Positions 20,756 to 35,928 of a stretch of 64,000 bases of DNA are shown here, one piece after another; within the stretch, counting starts at the first letter, position 1; each line of letters opens with the position of its first letter. Made by a program: the position numbers and the translations under genes. Below the pieces are notes generated by a model, which saw only the letters and a list, made by a program, of their open reading frames with translations, ran no database searches and was not told where the DNA came from. Source of the DNA: the human T2T-CHM13v2.0 reference genome, Homo sapiens; assembly GCF_009914755.1 (NCBI RefSeq), contig NC_060932.1, one strand, 5' to 3'.

Positions 20756-22324
20756 ATCGGCCTAAATCTTACCTTTTTCTTCAAAGCCTAACTCAAGTAT
20801 TCCTAGTTACTTGAGCCCTTCCTGTATGTTTTTCTAGCAAGAATTATATTTTTGCTTAGAAAGGATACCATTATTAATGCACTTACCACTGTCTGATCTT
20901 CAGTATACTTGTCAATGTTTCTTTTCTCTTACTCAATTTCAAACAACTTGAGAGCATACTTACTTTTACATGTTTGGGTCTATACATACCAAGTTAAGGT
21001 TCTAGAAATGGAATACTAGTTGAATTAGAATGAATTGAACTAAATCACTGAAAAAGTAGTAGCTACCCATTATCTTCTTCATATCTTTTACTTGTTACAA
21101 TTATCCTGTGTTTACAAAAATGGAATTTACTTAAAGAATCTGGTAATTTTCCCTGCCCCTTAGCCTCATTTTGCCCCAATGTCTTTGTGAAACCATCTTA
21201 ACATGCATAAAAGAATTAAACTACTTGTTGCTACATATCAGATTGATCTTTAGTGTTCGATTTTTTCTTAGAAACTGGCAATGGTGATGGATCATTTTAA
21301 GTGTATTAGCATATTTGAAAAGAAATTGTTATGCCTATTTGCTTTAACCTGTCACATTCTAGCTTCATTTTAAATAATTTGCTTGAATGTCTTGCTTTTT
21401 TTCCATGTTCTCCTATCCATTTTTGGGCAGCGTGACCTATGTCCCAGTTTGTCACTGCCAGTCCTGGCTCATATATGTTATATTGGCATAATTATTAAGA
21501 GCACCCTTTTTACTCTCAAAAGTATCCTGGGGTTGACAATAAATTACATGGTCTTCCTATTCTTCTTTGAGGCTTTCTATGTGATAGCTCATATACTGTG
21601 CTGCCCAATGCTTGTTAGACCTATTGAAAATTCCCAATGGAATCATACTGCAGCAAATATTACTTCAGGTACATAGTCTACAATATTGATTAAGTATATA
21701 CTTTATATATAACAGTTTATATGGAGAAATACAAAGACAGTAGAAGATTCTCTGTGTCATATGAATTTATAATCTAATAAGTCAGGATTAATGATATAGT
21801 TATATAAACATAAATATTTGAAATGGGCAAATATAAATGTAACAAAATGTAATTTAGAAATATATAAAAGTAGTCAGATAATTGACTACTTTTGTACATT
21901 AACAAATTTAAATGATGGAACCAAATAGGGAAATTTGGGAGAAGTTTTGTAGATTTGTTAAAACCAACTAAATTTTAATAAAGGAATTTTAAAAGATAGA
22001 AGATACAGCATTGTGTAAAAATAGCATGACAGCAAGTTTGTATAGTATAGACATTTCTATATTATCAGTTTTTCTTCTGTCACTCTTATTTTATTTTGGT
22101 CCTCAGATACAGTGAGGTTTGTTAATCATTTGTCAGTTTATGGCACTTCGGTGATTTGTGTTTTCTTCCCACTTAAATATATATCTTTGCATAATACAGA
22201 ATGTTGCTTTTTGTATGCATGCGTTTTAAATTACAGAAAGGATATGGTGCTTTAGATCTTACATTTTAAAAGATTCGTTCATGTGGGAATATCAATTTGT
22301 TGTTCCAGACTGCTGCATTATAAT

Positions 22325-22923
22325 GTGGTAGACAGAATAATGGCCTCCAAAAATGTCCACACCCTGATCCCTGGAACCCCTGGATGTTACCTTACCTGGC
22401 AAAGGGACTTTGCAGACATGATTAAGGTTATGGACCTTGAGATAGGGAGATTAACTTAGATTGTCTATGTGGGCCCAATCTAATCACACGAAGCCTTAAA
22501 GGTAGAAAACTTTTTTTTTTTTTTTTTGGCTGCGTCAATGAGATGAGATAGAAGGAGGAGAGATTCAAAGCAGGAAAAGGACGAAAATGCCTATTGTTGA
22601 GTTTGAAGATGGGGGAAGGGGACCATGAGTCAAAGAATTTGCCAGCCTCTAGAAGCTGGAAATCTCCCTCAGTTTATAGCCAGCAAGAAAATGGGGACCT
22701 TGGTCTTACAACCACAACGTGAATTCTGCCAATAGTTTGAATGAGCAAAAAATAGACTCCCCTCAGAACCTCCAAAAAGAGACTCAGCTGGCATCTTAAT
22801 TTTAGTCCAATGAGACTTCTACCAGACTTTCTGACCTACATAAGTGTAAGACAACAAACTTGTGTTTTGAACCATTTAATTGGTGGTAATTTTCTTTACC
22901 TCAACAATGGAAAATTAATAGAT
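22325..22923 (+). mobile_element. MLT1D-like MaLR LTR
   Basis: tgtggtagacagaataatggcc...ggcaaagggactttgcaga...gcctctagaagctggaaa...tggtaattt. Confidence 0.85.
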
Positions 22924-22924
22924 A

Positions 22925-25050
22925 CTCCCTTGTGTGAATATACTATATTTTATTTGACATCCCATTAGTGATGGACAATCTAGGCTATGTCAAAACTCGT
23001 TACTATAAACTGTGAGTCAGTGAACATCCTTGTACATGTCTCCTTATGGACCTATGCAAGACTTTGTAGTCTGTCTATGTAGATGTATAATTAATGTGGC
23101 ATAGGGTATGTATACTTTATTTCACTAGTTTTGTTCTCAAAAATGCCTCAGTCCATACTTCTACTTGTAGTGCTTAAGGATTTGTGATTTCCCATATCAT
23201 TACTAATATTTGATATTACTAAGCATTTCATGTGTTTGCAGTCTGGTGGATATGAGGGGGTATTTTTGTTTTAATTTGCAGTTTCCTCATTACATTGAAG
23301 CTGAGGATCCCCTCACATACATATTAGCTACTTGGATTGCCATTACTATGAAGTATTTATTTATCTGTCAATTTGAAAAAATTAGCTCCACATCATTTTT
23401 GTCTGTTGTTTTTTTTAGCAGGCATTTTAATGTTGATGTAGTTAAATTCATTACTTTTTAAAATTTATAGTTTGTGCTCTTTTAGTCATGATTAAAAAGT
23501 CAGTCATCATTCAGAATCCCTAGAAATACTCTTTTACACTTCTACTACCAGCTTTACAGTTTTTACCTTTCTCATGTATATTTTAAATTAAGTCAGAGTT
23601 CACTTGTGGACATGATGAAGTATGAATCCCAAGTTTTATTTCCCCATATGGTGAGCCACTGTTCCCAGCAGAAGCTATTAGACAAACTATTCTCACATCA
23701 CTGGTTTTTGCACTTATATATAATGTTTATAATGCACTTATATATAATTGGGCCACTTTTTAGCTCTCTGTTCTGTCTTACTGGTCTATGTTTTACCCTG
23801 TGATAGTACCACACTGTAATTTTTTTTTTAGGTTTTTTGGCATTTTTTACATAGATGATTGCATCACTTATAATGAAAAAAGCCTTATTTTTTCTTTTCA
23901 AGTCGTAAGCCTTTTATTTCATTTTTTTATCCTATTTTACTGGCTAGTGCCTCCACTAAAATGTTAGATAGAAGTGGTGAGAGTAACGTCTTTGCCTTCT
24001 TTCCAGTCCTAGGGTGAATGCTTTGAGTCTTTCACAATCAAATGTGATGTTAGCTATAGGTTTTCCATAGATGTCCTTTATTAGACTGAGAAAATTGTCT
24101 TCTATTACTAATTTGCTGAGAATTCTTTCATGAATGGCTATGAAATTTTGTCATTTGCTTTTTTTATGCCTCTGTTGAAAGGATCACATGGTTTTTCCTC
24201 TTTCGTCTCTTTATATGGTGAATTACACTGATTGTTTTCAAATGCTGCATCAACCTTGCATTTCTGGGATACTCCTCTTGGTCATGATGGTATTATTCTA
24301 TTTATGTATTGCTGGATTGGATTTACTAATACTTTGTTTGAAATTTTTACAATTTATGTTCATGAGGGAGAGTTGTATGTAGTTTCCTTTCCTTGTAACA
24401 TCATTGATTTAATCAGGGAATGCTGGCCTCCTAAGATAAGTTAGGAAATGATCTTCTATCTTCAATTTTCTAGAATAGTTTTTATAGAGCTGTTATTTCT
24501 TTAAATGTTTGATAGAATTTGCCTCTACTGCCATTTGGGCCTAGAGTTCTCTTGTAGCTCTGTCTTTATTTTTATTTATTTATTTATTCTATTTTTTTCT
24601 ATTTTTGAGATGAAGTCTTGCTTTGTCGCCCAGGCTGGAGTGCGGTGGCATGATCTCCGCTCACTGCAATCTCCGCCTTTGGCAATTCTCCTGCATCAGC
24701 CTCCCAAGTAGCTGGGACTACAGGTGCACACCACCACACTCGGCTAATTTTTTTTGTATTTTAATAGAGACGGGGTTTCACCATGTTGCCCAGGCTGATC
24801 ATGAACTCCTGAGCTCAGGCAATCCTCCCGCCTCCGCCTCCCAAAGTGCTGGGATTACAGGCATGGGCCACAGCACCCAGCCAGCAATGTCTTTAAAGAC
24901 TATGAATTCAGTTTTTTCAATGATTATGCAGCCATTCAGGTTACTTATTTATCCTTGAGCATATGGATATTTTTACAGTCTAGTAAATATATAGCCATGG
25001 TAGCTATATTTATTCTAGGGTTGTCTAAATAATCATTTAAAAGTATTCTT
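22925..25050 (-). mobile_element. Ancient L1ME/L1M fragments
   Basis: Degenerate antisense ORF2 (aatgttagatagaagtggtgagagt, tgatgttagctataggtt, caaccttgcatttctgggat). Confidence 0.65.
24565..24882 (-). mobile_element. Alu (J/S), small internal deletion
   Basis: gtcgcccaggctggagtgcggtgg...cccaaagtgctgggattacagg. Confidence 0.9.
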
Positions 25051-26945
25051 TCTTTTCCTTTTAAAATATTAGAGGCAGAATAGACATTTTCATACTCTTT
25101 TTCAACATAACCTTTTTCATGTTCCATACTAATCTGTATATCTTACACCTATATTTAATTCCAATTTCAACTAACCTTTATATCTGCCAGTACTATTGGG
25201 ATAATTTTAGTGATAATTTCTCGTTGTCTCAGGCTGGACTTAGTGACTTTTTACTTTTCATCTGAGATATTCAATCATTGTCATTCACCTTTACCTTGCA
25301 GAAGTTTTGCCTTTTAGTCTGCTATCCACTTGTTTTGTCCTTCTTATTTAAAGTCTAGTGAAGCCGTTATCCATTTCCTGTAGGGCATGACTTCACTAGA
25401 TTGTCCACTTTTGAAGCACTTGCTTTTCAATAATACTTTAACTATTTTATGCCAATATCCAATGTCATAATCGGTGACATTTAATTGAGCAAGACACTAC
25501 TTATTACTTGCTATTTCTTGACAATATCTGTAAATTCATTTTTAACAAGCTTTCTTTCAGCGTCATATATTCATTTGTAAAATATATTTTGGTATTGATA
25601 ATTGTAGCAAGGAAAATTCTTTAGTAGTAAAATTACAATCAAAGAAAAGCTAGTAAGGCATTAAAATGGGAGTATTTGTTAGCCAATGGTGGTGGTTTTA
25701 TTAGCCAGCAGCACTCTTTTTTAAGCTGTTGTGGAGAGAATTTTAACACCAAAATGACCATTTTTGAGCCTCTTTAATTTATTCCAACACTAATGTGTGT
25801 CTTAGTTACCCAAGTCTCTCATGCATTAACAACATAAAATTTAATAAATTGTAAGGCGTTCTTAACTGATATTTGCGTATATGCTCATATAATCCTTTTT
25901 CACAGATATTTTACAGATATATTAGCAGTAGAAGTATATATGTGAGTGTGCATAGTGGACTGTGGGAGTACATTGCCTCTAGTTGGGCTTTTATGGTAAT
26001 ATTAATGCTATATGCTGACTTCTCACCCACCTTTCACCTTCCCCTTTGGCTCTCCCAATACACACCAGTGAAGTAATTCCGGTATTGGTCAAGGATATAA
26101 TGGATAAGGACTACAAAATTTGGCAGCCATACTAAGGTGAGGCAAGGGTAGGGGCTGGTGAATGTAGAAGTGTTTATTTAGATCTTTTTGTAAAGCAAAT
26201 AAACCAGTAATAAAGAAAACTGGTTTGAAATAAATTTCTTCTTTTATTTGCCTCACTGGATATTTTTCCCTCTTAGAGCCAATGTGCTAAGACAGGCCTG
26301 GGATGAACCAGTTAGGAAGTACCCTTTGGAGGGTCAAAGGGAAAGAAGAGTGAGACTAAGGAGCTAGCCACTAAATTGATCTTGTTTATTACTGAAGTTT
26401 AAGGAGCAGAAATAGTCTTTTCAAAGGTCATACAAGGTCTAGTCACCTCGAGGGGGAGTTGGAGTCAACACTTTTAATAAAGATGAAGATACATTTTCCT
26501 ATTGCATATTTTTAATTTTCCAAGGATTCAGGCATTTAAATTGGTCAATTCATAATAACATGAATTCAGCATCATGGTGGTTTTTTACTTTGAGATTTTT
26601 TACTCATTTACATTGAAGCATATGTACTTATATTCTCTGCCTTCCTGCTTGTTACTATAGATAAGCAATCCCTGCTCTAACTGTGCATGGAACCTACCCT
26701 ATTTTATCTACTAAGGACGTAGCTCATGGAATTCTCTGAAATACAGTATGAGATTGGGTGGGGAATAAAGTTTTATAAAAATAATTATTATAGTTCAAAT
26801 TTTTATGCTAAATGATATGGAATAACTGAATAACTTGAATAATTTTCATAATTTAAAGTGTCTTTCATATTGGGGATTTGACTTCTGCTTATTCTGTTTA
26901 AAACTAGTGTTATGTGTCAAATGTAAGACGTAACTTAGATTAAAG

Positions 26946-27987
26946 TGGTGGTTCTCAAACTTTTTGGTCTTGGGGCCTCTTTACAATCTTTAAAATCCTT
27001 GAAGACCTCAAAGAATTTTTGTTTATGTGGATTATATTTATTACTATTTACCATATTAGAAATAACTGATAAAAAAATTTAAATATGCATTTATTAATTT
27101 AAAAATAACAGTAAACCCACCATATGACAACTAACTGTATACAGTAGACAGAATTCTAAGTTATGTACAATGAGACTTACCCTTCCCTTGGGTATGTATA
27201 AAACCTGTGACTTGCTTCTAGCTAGTAGAGTATGGCAAAGATGTTGGGATAGTCAGTTATATAGTTATATCACATTGTATGAGATTATGTCTTCAATTGG
27301 AGCAAGAGATTCTTCTGCTGGTTTAGAAGTAAATAAACTGCCATGTTGTAAAAGGGCTGTGAGAGAGCCATGTGTCAGGGATCTGTGTGGGGTCTCTAGA
27401 AGCTGAGTAGTACATCTCTGTCAGCAGGTGAGAAAGTGAGGACCTAAGTCTTTGAGCCACAAGGAACTGAGGCATGCCAACAATCACATGAGCTTGCAAA
27501 AGGATCCTGAGCTCAGAAATAAACGTGGTCCAGTGGACATCTTGATAACAGCCTTCTCAGGCCCTGAGTCAGAGGATCATTTAAACCATACTTGGACTCC
27601 TGACCTATGGAAACTGCAAGAAAATAAATATACATCATTTTAAGCTATTAAAAATATGGTTATTTGTTTTGCAGCAATGGCAAACTAGTACAGCATATTT
27701 CAAAAAAAGTAAAGAAAAATTTAGTGAGAAAAGTGACATTATTTTACATTTTTGGGAAATTCCATTATTGTCTAACTTAGTGGAAGACAGCTTCTGTATT
27801 CAATATATTGAGATATCACACATACTTTAGCCTCTGGAAAACTCCACTGTACACCCAAGAGAGAATGAGAATCAAAAAGGCAAATAACATTTTAGTATTA
27901 TGCATATAGGTTTGACCCTGCAGATCCTCTGAAAGGGATTTGGGGATTCTACTGAGGGCACTGGATTACACTTTTAAGAACTGCTAG
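26946..27987 (+). mobile_element. Charlie-type hAT DNA transposon, interrupted by an MLT1
   Basis: Termini tggtggttctcaaactttttggtc ... cacttttaagaactgcta. Confidence 0.65.
27137..27692 (+). mobile_element. MLT1E/F-like LTR nested in the Charlie element
   Basis: agacagaattctaag...cctgtgacttgcttcta...gacctatggaaactgcaag...gcagcaatggcaaactagtaca. Confidence 0.75.
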
Positions 27988-28400
27988 ATTTTGGAATAAA
28001 TTTTCCGTAGTCTCCTCCTCTACCACCAACAGAGTATTGGATTGTATGTGGACAAGATTATATAAGGTAACATAACATATATGGAACACTCAGCTTCCTT
28101 GACTGTTTTTCACTTGATTTCTGCTTTTGTCCTTGAGTTTGTCTATGTGGTTTATTTTCTCTGCTCCTCCTGGTAAGAAAATGCAGTAGATCCTTACTGA
28201 CTCTTATTTCTAGGAGGAATAGATAGGAATATGTTTAATATGTAGTGAATTGAGACAGAGTTTTTCTAAATCATCCTGGCATATTTTGACTGTGGTATTT
28301 ACCTGCAAAGGTGCTGTAGCCATTGAGAGATTTGATTTAAAACCCAAGAGGAGTTTTTAAACTGTAGTTTTTCACTTATAAGGAGTTTGTAGAAATTGTC

Positions 28401-28688
28401 TTTTTTTTTTCTTTGAGAGTCTTGCTCTGTCACCCAGGCTGGAGTGCAGAGGTACAGTCATAGATCACTGCAACCCCTAGCCCCTGAGATCAAGCAATCT
28501 TCCTACCTCAGCCTCCTAAGTAGCTAGGACTATAGGTGAATGCCATCACACCCAGCTAATTTTTTATTTTTGTTAAGATGGGGTCTGACTATGTTGCCCA
28601 GGCTAGTCTCAAACTCTGGCCTCAAGCAATCTTCCTGCCTTGGCCTCTTAAAGCGCTGGCATTACAGGATGAACCACCACACCCAGCC
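28401..28688 (-). mobile_element. AluJ
   Basis: Antisense Alu with J diagnostics (catagatcactgc, ctcaagcaatcttcctgcc). Confidence 0.9.
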
Positions 28689-30159
28689 TCATTTAAAAAA
28701 AAGTGTGTGTATCTATTTTTATGTATGTGTTTTTTTCTGTATGTGTAATACTTAATAATGGTACTAATTGTTATTTCTCTTGAGTGTTTTTGTTTAATTT
28801 TGTGTGACCTTTTTTATCCCTAGGAATCCTGAAGAGTGAATTAGTCCCATGAATCTCAAGATAGCTCAATATATGATAAATTCACTATTGTCATAAGATT
28901 TGGGATGCATCTTAGTGTTATTAACATTAATATGTTGTGTAGATTTCTTCTTTAGTAAGCTGCAGCTACTCTTGTTTTTTTAAATAACTAAGTCAGCAAA
29001 AATAAATAGTACAGAGAGTCAAAATTTTTGTCACATATAATCAACTATTTTTATTTCTGTGATACATACCTGAGAGTTGCTAACATCTATTATTTGACAC
29101 AGTTGGAAATTTTAAGGTATGGTCTGGAACTCTTTGTTTGGAAATAAGGTCTTTCAAGGTTGGTTTGAAGGTTATTAGTAGAACAGTTCTCACTTTGCTT
29201 ACCTAATTACACAGTGCTTGAGCTGGAAAATTAAACTTTATTTTGACTTCCCAATCCCTACTAATGCAATCTCTCTTCCACTTTTTCTTTTCATTTCTTC
29301 TTTTATTATATTTCCACCTGAACTTTTTTGTCTATTTCTTAGAGCTAGTTTTCACCTTATTTTTCCTCATTGATATTTTCAAATTCCTATTGAGTTTTCT
29401 GTATATTTAATCTCTTTAATCACTTTAGTCTTCCTTTCCTCTGCCTCAGACTTAATCAGTTGTGATAAAGCAGGATTAATAAATTTTAGTTACATCTCTC
29501 AGAAATATTTATAATATTCTTCATATAACCAAGATGGCAAGACTACAGTGTGTGGGGAGTCAAAATTGTTGCAATATAAAATAACTTTTTCATTTCTGTG
29601 ATATATATCTGAAACTCACTTATATGAAAAATTTAACATAAAGTTTTGAGATATAACTTAAAACCCCTGTCTGGAAAGTGGTAAGACAACAGATTCTCTT
29701 CTATTTGACTTCGTTTAATAAGAATTAGAGTCATGAGGGTGGAAGGATTATGAAGATTTGATTTGTGCTCTTGCAATATTTCTTTTTTCTGTCTAAACAT
29801 GTTTGAATCTATGCTTTATTGTTTTATTCTCTCAGAAAACATAAGGCTTAAGGGTTATGTTTATCTTCAAGGCTGAAGGCCTTGTTCTTTTTATCTGTAT
29901 TTTTACATCACCTTTGGATTTTAAATTCCAAGGACCCTTAGAAACTATAACACTAACTTACATTTTAAATGAGAGTTCCATAAGAAGTTGCTGAATGACA
30001 GATACAGTAGTACCGTGGAAGGAGCACTGGACTATAAATCACAAGCTCTAGGTACTAGTTCTAACTTTGTCACCAGCCATTTGGTCCAAAAAGCCTTGGA
30101 TGAAACAGTGCATCACATCTCTTTTCTGTAGACGGAGGAGGTTTAGATTCTATTTTAAA

Positions 30160-31170
30160 TGTGATAAGATACTATTGTAGGGTTTAAACATGGAAGGAGC
30201 ATGATATTATTTTGTGTGTGTGTGTGTGTGGGCAATCTTTGGTGGAGAATGGTTTGTAGAGGACAAGATTAATGCACCGAGAAGCTAGGAGATTATTGAA
30301 GTCATCCATTAGAGAGATGTTGGTAGATGGAACTAGAATTATAGTAGTGAGATGGAAAATGTTCATGGATTTGTGTTCCATTTTGAAGATAGAGTTGATA
30401 GAACCTACCGATAGATTTGATTTGTGTGGTGGAGTGTGAAAGCAAAAGAGATATCAAGGTTAATTCCTAGATAAATCATGGTGTTGTTTTAAGACAGAAA
30501 AAAAATGGGAGGAACAGGTTTGGGTGAGGAAATCAGGAATTCTGTTTGGCCTTGTTATGTTTGAGATGCCCTTTTGACTTCCGTTTGGGGATTCCAAATT
30601 GACAGATGGTTAAATGAGTCTGGAGTTTTAGGGGAAGATAAGGGCAAAGATATACAGAAGATATTTAAAGCCATGGGACCTAAGTCACCGGGAAGGGGGA
30701 GCTGTAAATAAAAAGAGCAGAGAGGGTTCACAACACAGCCAAAACAGGGCCTTGGACATTCCACACATTTAAAGATCTAAGAGAGGAATGAGAGCCAACA
30801 AAAGACACTGTGAAAAAATTGACACTGTGAAAGAAAATCAGAAGAATGTGTCTCAGGAATGAAGAGTAAAAATGGTTTAAAAGTCATGGATAGCATTAGT
30901 GTCAAATGATACAGATAAGTCATGGTAAAAAAAGAACAGAGAATTGTCTGTTTAGTTTGATAACATGCAAGTAATTGGTGAGAACAATCTCAATAGAACA
31001 TTAGTGCTAGAAAATTGATTAGTATGGATTTAAAAGAGGATGTGAAATGAAAACATGGCCATAGCAACTAAAGACAACTTCTTCAAGAAATTTTGCTGTG
31101 AAGAGGAGCAGAAAAATGGGGTAGTACCTGGAAGGGAATATGAGGTCAAGGGAAATTCTGTTAAGATAGG
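30160..31170 (-). mobile_element. L2 fragment
   Basis: gagatgttggtag...ttttgaagatagag...gaattctgtttggcc...tgagtctggagttt. Confidence 0.7.
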
Positions 31171-31819
31171 AAATAATATAGTAATAAAATCACTGATAAC
31201 TTGATTCACATATACAATTAATATTATTTGTTTATCATTACAAGTATCATTGGAACCAAGGGAGTTCTAAAATAGACTAAAGAGTAAATAAACTAGGTAT
31301 TTTATGGAGGAGCTGGTAATAAAAAGGGTAAGACAGATGGAAAATTGATAGAATAGATCTTGTTTATATTATATTTTCCTTTCTTTTCTATTTTCACATT
31401 TGGTGCTTAAACACCTTTACTTTTAAGTAGCTAGGATCTTTGATTAATCCTGATCTCTGTCCATATTTACAGGTCAGACAAATTATATTTTTTAAGTTGA
31501 TAAGATTAGATTGAAATACATTTAGATTTGCATGAGTTTATTTGCATCAGATCTTCTGTTTTGGCTGAAAAAAGACTAAAAATTTTATTTGCTTACCTTT
31601 CACCAAAGGAGGAAAGGGGGATGATGGAAGAGGCTAAGAAGATGTCTATTCCTAGACTACATTTCATAGGCTAGATCTGGGTTTTATGGATTGAGTGATT
31701 TCAGGCCAAAAGAGCTATTTTCCCGAGAGTTGTTTTGAAGCACAGGAAAACAAGCAGCAATTCTTCAGTTTCCAAATGGCAGAATATATAACAGAGTTGA
31801 TCATAATATTTTTCTTAAA

Positions 31820-33192
31820 ATACTGTCTTTTATTGTCTTCCGGGCTACCACACTCTCTCTCTTGACTTTTCTCTTACCTCTGTGGCTGCTCCTCTTCTGT
31901 TTCCTTCACTGGCTTCTCCTTCTTTAACTGATGAGTTAATGTGGAACTTAGCTCCTCAATGCTTTGTCATAAACCTCTTATTTGCGTGTTTTTCCTTTTA
32001 AATTTTATCTCCGGGTGATCTCATCTACTTGCTTGGTTGAAATCATTACTAACACGCTGATGCTTCCTAAAGTTATATCTTCAGTTGAGAACTCTCTTCT
32101 GAACTGCAGAGTGACATATTTAATTGCTTACTTCTCTGTCTTGTTAGCTGTCTTGCATGCACCTCAAATTCAGCAATCCATCATCTTCCCCTTTCTTCTC
32201 CCTCAACCTGCTTCTCCTTTAGCATTCTTTGTCTCAGCAAATTTTAAGACTGTCTACTTGGTACTTAAGAGATAAATCTAAGAGTTACTTTTTACACCTA
32301 TCTTGACTGTGACCAATCAACGACTAAGTCCTGTTGATTCGACTTCTACCTTTTAAGTCTATTCTTTTTTCTCTATCTTGTTATGATCACTTTAATCCAG
32401 GCCAACTAAAATCTTGCCTGGACTATTACATTAGCTTTCTAAATGATCTCTCTGCATCCACATACAGTGAGATAATATTTTGGGGTATTTATGGTTATAT
32501 GTCCTCCTATGTGTTTCTTGTTAACTCCTGAATCTTCTCCATTCTGACTGCTAGGACTTGATATATCTGTTGACTCAAAAAGCATTGCTACAGCAAAACA
32601 CATAATTATTCATGGATTTGATTAAAAATCAGAATCTCAACAGTTTTCCATGCTCTATAGGATGTGGCTACTGTTTCTTCTCCAGCTATTTGATTTCTCC
32701 CTGAATTGGCCTCTTGTGGTTCTTTGATTATGCCATAATCAGTGTCATCTCTTGATCTTTGTACATCTTTATATATGAGTATTCCATATCTGGAATACTC
32801 CTTTGTCCCACTTTTGGCTTGGCCAATGCTTATCATTCCATGTTTCTCATCTTGAATCTATTTTTTTTTTTTTAGGAAAACTTCCTCTGAACTTCTGAAC
32901 TCCAAGATTATTTCAAGGTAACCTGTTATTACAAGTTTTCTTAACATTTCTAATCTGAATTCTCAATAACACATATAATTTCTTAGTCTCTGTCTTCCCT
33001 GCTATATTACAGATAAAAACCCCTGTAAGGGCTGGATGGTGTCCTCCCTACTTCCCTTTTCCTTTTCTTTTTCTCTTCTTCCCTCCTCCCTCCACTCCTT
33101 TTTCTTTCTTTCCTGTGAGCTCTTTAGTACTTAGAAAAGTACCTATGATACTTTAGTCAGTATTTAAATACTTGTTGAGTGAATGAGTGAAT
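31820..33192 (+). mobile_element. L2 fragment
   Basis: Pyrimidine-rich L2 body ending ...aatacttgttgagtgaatgagtgaa. Confidence 0.6.
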
Positions 33193-34187
33193 TTTGAACA
33201 GTGATTTATTCTCCCAATACCTGCATAAAGCACAGTACCTTGAATTGCTGTAACCTTGAGATTCGTCACCTTTGGCTGAGGACTGGAATTCAGACTGAGG
33301 GCACCAACAAGTGGGGAGGCTCCATCCTCAAGTGGCTTTATAATCAGCACATATTACTGATGAGAGGATATGAGTAGACTTAGAGGACTGTGGAGGCATA
33401 TTTGAAATGCCTGGGTACTTGCGCATTTATAGGAGGTCATTTAGCAGGAAGCTGACGTCCTGCTAAACACAGGTAGGGTAAAAAATCCAGGGAAATTTGA
33501 GATATTAGTCTTGATGTAATCCCTTTTGTAACTAAAGCATGATGAAGCAGAAGGCATTTGGGATTCAGCATAAAATTTTGAAGGAACTTTGTAAGTCAGA
33601 TAATCTTAGCTTCTGCATAATTCAGTCTTCCTTTACACAAATCCCTTATGTCCTCTTCTTGAATACATTTAAGGGCAGCAAGGTAGAATCTAACAGCAAT
33701 TGTTTGAGCCTTTGTCACAGGACTAATTCTAACCAGTTCACTCTTCAGTAGCTCTCCAAAGACTTCTGCCTATATGGGAATAGAAAAAAATGTTCCCATT
33801 AGAATCACCATTAATATTGCCTCTAAGCTGAGCCTCCTTAGAAGCAATTGTATTAGTTCTAGTGGCCTCCTGGGCTATGCTGACAAGGAAGGTGGGCAGG
33901 GAAAGATAAAAAAGAAAGAAAGGAGAAGGTAGGCAGTGGAAGAGAGTCAGCCAAGTACCTTCCAACTCACTGTTTCCCATTTACACTCAATCAGTGGCAA
34001 GCAGCTAGTCAGTACTTGCAGCATATTTAATTGAATGTATTATATAGCTGGCAATGACAATATATTCTATTTTATGAGAAGTGTTCTGTCATATGCAAGT
34101 TCTAGTGAAAACAAAGTACTTTAAACTTTATTGTTATACCTTTATGTAGATATTTTTTCTTCAGTATTGAACCTAATGTCCTTTAAA

Positions 34188-34281
34188 AATTTTTATTGTA
34201 AATATTTAAGGTCTACAACATGATGTTTTGATATACATATAGATACTAAAAAGGTTACTTTACTCAAGCAAATTAACATAT
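34188..34281 (-). mobile_element. Very short L1MA 3'-end insertion
   Basis: tatttaaggtctacaacatgatgttttgatatacatat...caagcaaattaacatatc; flanked by cctaatgtcctt / cctaatgttctt. Confidence 0.7.
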
Positions 34282-34975
34282 CCTAATGTTCTTAAAGCTT
34301 CTAAAGCACTTTTTTCTGACAGCCAATGTCAAAGTGAAACAAATATTTGTATTTATAGAATAGGTAGCCTTTGGGAGAAAAGATCCCTCACCGCCTTTTT
34401 TCATAGTGTAATGAGTAGAGAGAGGAATTATATGAAAGAAAGGAATTATGAATGGGCACTCTTGGAGGCCAATGTTATTCCATAATATTTCATTTGTTCA
34501 CATATTTTGCTGAAACACATTTATAGTTGTGCAAATGACTATTATTTCTAATATCTTATATAATAGCAATGTGCAGTCAATATTTGTTTCTCAAGGAATC
34601 TAGGTGTACTTGGAAGTTACTAGATAGCAGAGGTGACTTGCAGAGGCAGTTTGCAAGTTTAGGTGTGAGTTCTTGAAGTTCCAGGGCTATAAACATTCCT
34701 TATATTGTGGCTGTTGGTGAATGTAACTATTGGAGATGGAGTTGAAGCTTATTCATGTTGATATAGCTCCCTGAAATTGTAATGTTGCTTTCAGTGGTTC
34801 TCTTGTTAGTTACCAAGGAAATATATACTTGGAACAAGCAGTCCTAACGCTAAAAGGATTTTCCAAATTTTTTTTTCAGGGATCTTGGTCCTCTTTCTTT
34901 TAATTGGTAGAATCTTCAGGTGTCACTCTGGACATTCTCATTGTGGAGCTTAAATCTAGGTTTGGTACTCTATAA

Positions 34976-35340
<365 letters not shown>

Positions 35341-35928
35341 TGTTGCGAGGTTTTAGGTGTGGGAACTGCTCTTGCAAAACCTGCTTTTGCACTGGATTAT
35401 TAAAGCAACCTAGTAATACTTTTGAGAATAATGCCACTCAAACCAAAGCACAGTAGGATTAGCCCTTACACTTCTGGCTTAGAAAGAAGAGTGAGAGAGA
35501 TCACAATTATGGTGTGGCTTCACACATTTGTGGTGGCTTCCACCATGCTTTCCCTTTCTTTTTTGAATTAGATGCCATAAACTGTTGTGTTATTAGTCTG
35601 TTCTGCAGCAATGGTCAGAATTATGGATAGATACAGGGTTTCAGTCCCTAAGAAATGCTATAAAATGTTTTTGTACATCAGAAAACAGCATGTTTTTTTT
35701 CAGCTGGCCATCAACAAATTTTTAAAACTTATGAAAACTGATGTAACAATTCTGAACTGTTTTCTGATTTTTATCTCAAATTTTGTGAGTAGAAATGTAC
35801 TCGTCATCTTTAGATTTGTAGTGTGCTTATTTAGCTCCAGGCTGTTCTTCCTTTCTTCCATTCCTGAATGTATTGTATGGTTCATCCTAAGTTGAAGCAT
35901 AGGTCAAATTATTACCTTATTACCTTGT

